Positions 16,287 to 20,730 of a stretch of DNA of 20,730 nucleotides are shown in pieces. Both the position numbers and the translations under genes were made by a program. The notes beneath the pieces are model-generated. The model was not told where the DNA came from. It searched no databases and saw nothing but the letters and a program-made list of their open reading frames with translations. The stretch's first letter is position 1. The number at the start of each line of letters is the position of its first letter. Source of the stretch: Archangium sp. (GTDB lineage: Bacteria; Myxococcota; Myxococcia; Myxococcales; Myxococcaceae); contig JANLPS010000276.1 of NCBI GenBank assembly GCA_031367385.1, forward strand, positions 1 to 20,730, written 5' to 3'.

Positions 16287-16303
16287 AGCAACTGCCTTGC
16301 CAG
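16287..16303 (-). promoter_or_regulatory. sigma54 (-24/-12) promoter CTGGCAAGGCAGTTGCT
   Basis: Matches YTGGCACG-N4-TTGCW with one mismatch and exact GG-N10-GC spacing; intergenic. Confidence 0.6.
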
Positions 16304-16446
16304 TCGGGTTCCCACGCCCGGCCACGTGCAGGCGCGAACTCAGTGCCTCGAGAAAAGCGCGACTGAGGCGTCAGACTGCAGGAGGATTTTGATGGGGGCC
16401 TTCAAAAGGCCGGGCCAGCGCGGAAAATGAGGTGCATTCGTACCCC

Positions 16447-16480
16447 CACCTGGTGCTCCGTGCGGACCATCAGGTGTTTC
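16447..16480 (+). terminator. Strong hairpin with a short U tail (possible terminator or sRNA 3' end)
   Basis: CACCTGGTG-C-TCC-GTGC-GGA-C-CATCAGGTG followed by TTTC. A G-U pair favours the + strand. Confidence 0.3.
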
Positions 16481-16585
16481 GCGTGCTTCAGAAGGGAACT
16501 CACTCCCGCCTGGCCCGTCGAGCGTCACAATGACGCCCTTTGAAGTTGTTCGGTAACGATGAGTGTCTCAGTCTATTGCAGATTC

Positions 16586-16620
16586 TCAAAAATGATCAGC
16601 CATGTGATGGCGATTTTTGA
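16586..16620 (-). terminator. Inverted repeat over the stop of the 61-aa ORF (possible terminator)
   Basis: TCAAAAAT...GCCAT-N3-ATGGC...ATTTTTGA; on the minus strand the core hairpin is followed by a U5 run. Confidence 0.3.
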
Positions 16621-16781
16621 TTTCCCCGACACGCGACCTCGCAAACGCTTGAAGATCCGTTCGTTCCACCCTCACGGTAGGCCTTCCAGCACATCGCCAC
16701 GCTGGCGAAATGAAGCGCGATGACCGCGGCGACTGCGACGATGCTGGCGAGCCCGACACTGCCCCGTTGATTGGTGAACAT
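16596..16781 (-). CDS. Putative 61-aa small membrane or secreted protein
   Basis: Strong Shine-Dalgarno AGAGGAG 7 nt before ATG 16781. Sequence MFTNQRG-SVGLASIVAVAAVIALHFASVAMCW has one hydrophobic helix; three Cys in total. Confidence 0.6.
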   Translation of the reverse strand: MFTNQRGSVGLASIVAVAAVIALHFASVAMCWKAYREGGTNGSSSVCEVACRGNQKSPSHG

Positions 16782-16900
16782 GGCGTTTCTCCTCTGAAGA
16801 CGAACGGGTGGCCCCCGGCAAAATGCGCCGCAAGTCACCGCATTCGAAGGTGATTCGTTCGGCCTCGGGCAAAACTTCATCGCCCGAAGTCGCGCCCCAC

Positions 16901-16927
16901 AGACGAGATCAGGCAGGTTCGATTGCA
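16901..16927 (-). promoter_or_regulatory. Putative ECF-sigma-type promoter TGCAAT-N16-CGTCT
   Basis: Resembles the AAC/CGT ECF promoter layout with a 16-nt spacer; lies just upstream of the structured leader of the 61-aa ORF. Confidence 0.3.
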
Positions 16928-16967
16928 TCGCCAGTCACCACGCGCATCGTGCGACAGTCGGCGCGAA

Positions 16968-18554
16968 ATGCGCACATTGGCCCCGGGCGAATTGACGCCA
17001 CTGCCCATTGACCTCGGCGAGCGACCACCGCGATTTCCCAGCGCGTTCGATGAAGTGGGGCCACACCCACTGGCACAGCGAGCCGCGCACCTGCTTCAGC
17101 GCAGCTTGGCGCACGATGATCAGGCCGAGGGCAAGGTCTTCGGAGTGCTGGTGGTCGAAGACGCCCCTGGCTCGTTCGGGTTTCTCAAGGCCTTCTCGGG
17201 CAAGTGGGGCGGTCGTTGGGTGGTCGAGGGGTTCGCACCTCCGATGTTCGACGTGGAGGTTCGCGCGCGCCTCGATGCCGCCAGTGACGCGGTGATCACC
17301 CCCCTGCACGAGCGCCTCGCCACTGTGAGCTCGAGCGCTGAGCTGATCGAAGCGCGCCAGGCGCTGATCAGACTCGAACGAACGCACGCCGCCGAAAAGG
17401 CCGCGATGACGCTGCGCCACCGAGAAAATCGTCAGGTTCGGGCCGCCCTTCGGGCCGCTGCGGCCTCGGGCGACGAAGCAGATCAGCTCAGCCGCGGTGA
17501 CACGGCCGAGAAGCGGGCCCTCGCGCAGCGAAGTGCTGAAGCGTTGACTCGCGCACGAGGGACCCTCGGCGCCCTCGAGCGCCGCGTTGGAGCCGCTCGG
17601 CGATTGCTCTCGTACGCCTCGGCGAAGCTGGTCAAGCCGATCATCGAGCTGCCTCGGGTCCCCAACGCCCGCGGAGAATCGCGACCCATCGCCTCGTTCT
17701 TTTCCAAAGTGCCTCCCGGCGGCGTCGGTGAATGCGCTGCGCCCAAGCTGCTCTCGCGGGCCTTCGCACTGGGCCTCACCCCCGTCGCGCTGGCTGAATT
17801 CTGGTGGGGGCCGACCCAAGAGAGCGGCCGCGTTCGAGGGGCACACGTGCCCGCGTGCAAGCTCAAGTGCGCGCCGATTCTGCCGTTCATGCTCGAGGGT
17901 CTCGAGGTTGGGGCCCCACGGCGGCTGATCACCCGGCTCGATCGCGACGCCCCGCTGCGGGTGATTTACGAAGATGCGCAGCTGCGAGTCATCGAGAAAC
18001 CCGAAGGCTTGCTCTCGGTTTCGGGGCGAGAAGCGACGCACGTCGACTCAGTCGAGACGCGCATGCCCGAGGCCTGGGTGGTGCACCGCCTCGACCTCGA
18101 CACCTCAGGGCTGCTGGTGCTCGCCCTCGATGAGCCCACCCACATCGCGTTGCAGCAGCAGTTCGCTCGCCGGCACGTCGAGAAACGGTACGTCGCGGTG
18201 GTCGAACGGTCGCTCGAGGCAGAACAGGGCACCATCGAGCTGGCGCTCCGCCCCGACGTCGATGATCGACCGCGGCAAATGCATGACGCGCAGAGGGGCA
18301 AAGAGGCAATCACCACCTGGAGCGTCATCTCGCGGGACAATGGGCGTACCCGGGTGGCCCTCTCGCCGCTGACCGGCCGAACGCATCAACTTCGCGTGCA
18401 CTGCGCTCACCCATCGGGGCTCAACGCGCCCATCGTCGGCGATCGACTCTACGGTCACCCAGGTGAGCGCCTGCTGCTGCATTGCGAGTGGCTCGCGCTC
18501 ACCCACCCCGCGACGGGCCAGCGGCTGACCTTCGAGGCCAAAGCCCCCTTCTAG
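16968..18554 (+). CDS. RluA-family pseudouridine synthase, long form with an N-terminal extension
   Basis: Motifs [18 protein letters not shown] (catalytic Asp), [10 protein letters not shown] and PIVGDRLYG. About 320-aa N-terminal region with a coiled coil and GECAAPKLL. Start at ATG 16968. Confidence 0.93.
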   Translation: MRTLAPGELTPLPIDLGERPPRFPSAFDEVGPHPLAQRAAHLLQRSLAHDDQAEGKVFGVLVVEDAPGSFGFLKAFSGKWGGRWVVEGFAPPMFDVEVRARLDAASDAVITPLHERLATVSSSAELIEARQALIRLERTHAAEKAAMTLRHRENRQVRAALRAAAASGDEADQLSRGDTAEKRALAQRSAEALTRARGTLGALERRVGAARRLLSYASAKLVKPIIELPRVPNARGESRPIASFFSKVPPGGVGECAAPKLLSRAFALGLTPVALAEFWWGPTQESGRVRGAHVPACKLKCAPILPFMLEGLEVGAPRRLITRLDRDAPLRVIYEDAQLRVIEKPEGLLSVSGREATHVDSVETRMPEAWVVHRLDLDTSGLLVLALDEPTHIALQQQFARRHVEKRYVAVVERSLEAEQGTIELALRPDVDDRPRQMHDAQRGKEAITTWSVISRDNGRTRVALSPLTGRTHQLRVHCAHPSGLNAPIVGDRLYGHPGERLLLHCEWLALTHPATGQRLTFEAKAPF

Positions 18555-19558
18555 GCCTTGAGCACTTCAATCAGGCCGCGAAGCTGCTTCATCAGCGCCT
18601 CGAACTGAACTGGCGTGAGCGACTGCGGCCCGTCAGAGAGCGCCTGATCAGGCTTGGGGTGAACCTCGATGATCAACCCGTCGGCTCCGGCGGCGATGCC
18701 GGCACGCGCAATCGCGGGCACGTGCTGGCGAATGCCGATGCCGTGAGACGGGTCGACCATGACCGGCAAGTGGGTGAATGACTTGAGAATCGGCACCGCG
18801 TTGATGTCGAGCGTATTGCGGCTGCTGGTCTCGAAGGTGCGAATGCCGCGCTCACACAGCACCACCTGCGAGTTGCCGCGAGCGACGATGTACTCAGCGG
18901 CCATCAGGAGGTCTTTCACCGTCGCGCTCGGCCCCCGCTTGAGCAACACCGGTTTTCGCAGCTCGCCAACCCGCTCGAGCAACGAGAAGTTCTGCATGTT
19001 GCGCGCGCCGATTTGCAGCATGTCGGCGTACTTCGACACCAGCGGCAGGCTCTCGGTGTCTTTCACCTCGGTCACGATGCCAAGCCCGGTCTCCTCACGA
19101 GCCAGTGCGAGCAGCTCGAGCCCTTCTTCACGCAGGCCCTGAAAATCGTACGGGCTGGTGCGGGGTTTGTACGCGCCTCCTCGCAGCAGCGTGGCGCCGC
19201 TCGCCTTGACCGCGTGCGCCGCGCCGAGAATCTGCTCACGCGACTCGACCGCACAGGGGCCAGCGATGATGGCCACGTGGCCTCCACCGATTTTGACGTT
19301 GCCGACGCTGACGATGGTCGCCTCTTCTTTGACCTCGCGGCTCACCAGCTTGAAGGGCTGCGTCACCCGAATCGCCTCGGCCACGCCAGGCAAGACCGAG
19401 AAGATCAACGGGTCGAGCGGCCCCGAATTACCGGTGATGCCAAAGGCCAACCGGTTTGCGCCCGGTATCGGGTGCGGCGTGAAGCCCAACGAGCGAATTC
19501 GGGCCTCGACGTTGGCGATGTCTTCGGGAGTGCAACGCGGTGACATGACGACCAGCAT
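18551..19558 (-). CDS. aroF: 3-deoxy-7-phosphoheptulonate (DAHP) synthase, type I-beta, with an N-terminal regulatory domain
   Basis: Motifs [47 protein letters not shown] and IEVHP. Confidence 0.96.
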   Translation of the reverse strand: MLVVMSPRCTPEDIANVEARIRSLGFTPHPIPGANRLAFGITGNSGPLDPLIFSVLPGVAEAIRVTQPFKLVSREVKEEATIVSVGNVKIGGGHVAIIAGPCAVESREQILGAAHAVKASGATLLRGGAYKPRTSPYDFQGLREEGLELLALAREETGLGIVTEVKDTESLPLVSKYADMLQIGARNMQNFSLLERVGELRKPVLLKRGPSATVKDLLMAAEYIVARGNSQVVLCERGIRTFETSSRNTLDINAVPILKSFTHLPVMVDPSHGIGIRQHVPAIARAGIAAGADGLIIEVHPKPDQALSDGPQSLTPVQFEALMKQLRGLIEVLKA

Positions 19559-19567
19559 GGTGAAACC

Positions 19568-20341
19568 TCAGAGTGAGAGTGCGGCGCGAAGAGAAGCAAC
19601 GAACGGTTCGAGGGGCTCACGGCGGGCGATGCGTTCGACGATGGCTGACCCGACCACCACCCCGTCTGCATGGGCGCAGGCCGCGCGGGCTTGATCAGGC
19701 GTGCCGATGCCGAACCCGACCACCACCGGCACCTTCGACGCGGCTCGAATCGCGGCCAAGGGGGCCGAGATGTCGGCGTGCTCCACCCGGGTGCCGGTGA
19801 CTCCGGTGACCGAGACGAAGTAGGTGAAGCCGCTGGCGACCGCGAGCACCGCGGCTCGGCGCGACGACGTCGAGGTCGGGGCGAGCATCGAGATGATCGA
19901 GAGCCCAGTGCGGCTGGCTTCGGCGCGAAGCTCAGCGGCTTCATCAGGAGGGAGGTCGGGCAAAATCACCGCGTCGACCCCCGCCTCAGCGGCGCGGCTA
20001 AAGAAGCGGGCAGGGCCCATGGCGAGCACTGGGTTTAGATAACCCATCAGAACGATTGGTGTTTCGGCGGTTTTGGCCCGCACTTCAGAGGCGATTCGCA
20101 GCACCGATGCCAAGGTCACGCCGCCTGCCAGAGCGCGTTCTGCCGCCCGTTGAATCGTCGGCCCATCGGCGATCGGGTCGCTGAAGGGAAACCCGAGCTC
20201 GACGATGTCGGCTCCGCCGCGAATGCAGGCGAGGGCCGCTTCGACCGAGTCTTGGGGCGTTGGGTCGCCCCCCATCACATAGGTGATCAACGCGCCGCGA
20301 GACTCGGCTTTGGCTCGGGCGAAGGCGCGATCGAGTCTCAT
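19568..20341 (-). CDS. trpA: Tryptophan synthase alpha subunit
   Basis: Motifs [39 protein letters not shown] and ADGVVVGSA. Confidence 0.98.
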   Translation of the reverse strand: MRLDRAFARAKAESRGALITYVMGGDPTPQDSVEAALACIRGGADIVELGFPFSDPIADGPTIQRAAERALAGGVTLASVLRIASEVRAKTAETPIVLMGYLNPVLAMGPARFFSRAAEAGVDAVILPDLPPDEAAELRAEASRTGLSIISMLAPTSTSSRRAAVLAVASGFTYFVSVTGVTGTRVEHADISAPLAAIRAASKVPVVVGFGIGTPDQARAACAHADGVVVGSAIVERIARREPLEPFVASLRAALSL

Positions 20342-20730
20342 GAGGTGCTCCGGGCGATGGTGGCCAGGTCTTTATCACCGCGGCCCGACACGTTGATCAG
20401 CAAGACTGACCCACTGGGCATGGTCTGGGCCAGCTCGAGCGCGGCGTGTACCGCATGCGCCGATTCGAGCGCGCAAATGACGCCCTCGCGCCGAGCGAGC
20501 TGAAGCAGCGCCGCCAACGCCTGATCATCGGTCGCCGACATCAAGGTGAGCCGCCCACTGTCTTTGAGCGCCGACAGCTCTGGGCCCACGCCGGGGTAGT
20601 CGAGCCCAGCGCTGATCGAATGAGCGTCGTTGATCTGCCCGTCTGCGTTCTGCAGCACGTAGCTCCGCGCGCCATGGAGCACGCCCGGCACACCCTTGAG
20701 CAACGAAGCGCCATGCTGACCCGATTCGAG
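20338..20730 (-). CDS. trpB: Tryptophan synthase beta subunit, 3' part; truncated by the window edge
   Basis: [32 protein letters not shown] and [13 protein letters not shown] overlap with trpA. Confidence 0.96.
   Translation of the reverse strand, partial: LESGQHGASLLKGVPGVLHGARSYVLQNADGQINDAHSISAGLDYPGVGPELSALKDSGRLTLMSATDDQALAALLQLARREGVICALESAHAVHAALELAQTMPSGSVLLINVSGRGDKDLATIARSTS

Noticed and set aside
16340..16528. 62-aa minus-strand ORF
   Set aside because: GTG start with no Shine-Dalgarno, low-complexity product and atypical codons; better treated as non-coding.
16596..16781. Hok/Gef toxin assignment from SVCEV resembling Hok SLCEI
   Set aside because: A five-residue resemblance at the wrong distance from the TM helix is too weak for a family call.
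16815..16890. c-di-GMP-I riboswitch suggested by repeated GGCAAAA on the + strand
   Set aside because: The GAAA-capped stem and the following GACGCAAAG-like consensus are absent.
19271..19282. GGCCACGTGGCC palindrome as an extra parS
   Set aside because: Shares only the CACGTG core, lacks the GTT/AAC flanks, and lies within aroF.

Overview
High-GC bacterial chromosomal window. Gene content points to a myxobacterium (Myxococcota), probably close to the replication origin. From left to right: the 5' part of rsmG and a complete mnmG, separated by a spacer with three DnaA-box-like 9-mers and a parS-like site; a membrane protein and two coupled bPH_2 proteins; two coupled PilZ proteins; a marR-emrA-emrB-tolC efflux operon with two copies of a candidate MarR operator; a SpeD-family decarboxylase with a degenerate second repeat; a Cys-rich DUF1554-like lipoprotein; a minus-strand run of a GltJ/AgmX-like protein, two EutN/CcmL microcompartment vertex proteins, a class II aldolase and an ABC exporter; a FYDLN-acid protein; an ~840 bp stretch holding two candidate small proteins, sigma54- and ECF-like promoters and several hairpins; a long-form RluA pseudouridine synthase; and aroF, trpA and the 3' part of trpB. 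I found no CRISPR array, rRNA, tRNA or transposase. Best candidates for novelty are the satellite microcompartment locus abutting ABC exporter genes, the 16.1-16.9 kb small-gene/structured-RNA island, the DnaA/parS switch upstream of rsmG, and the tandem-domain SpeD. All family assignments come from reading motifs by eye; no database searches were run.
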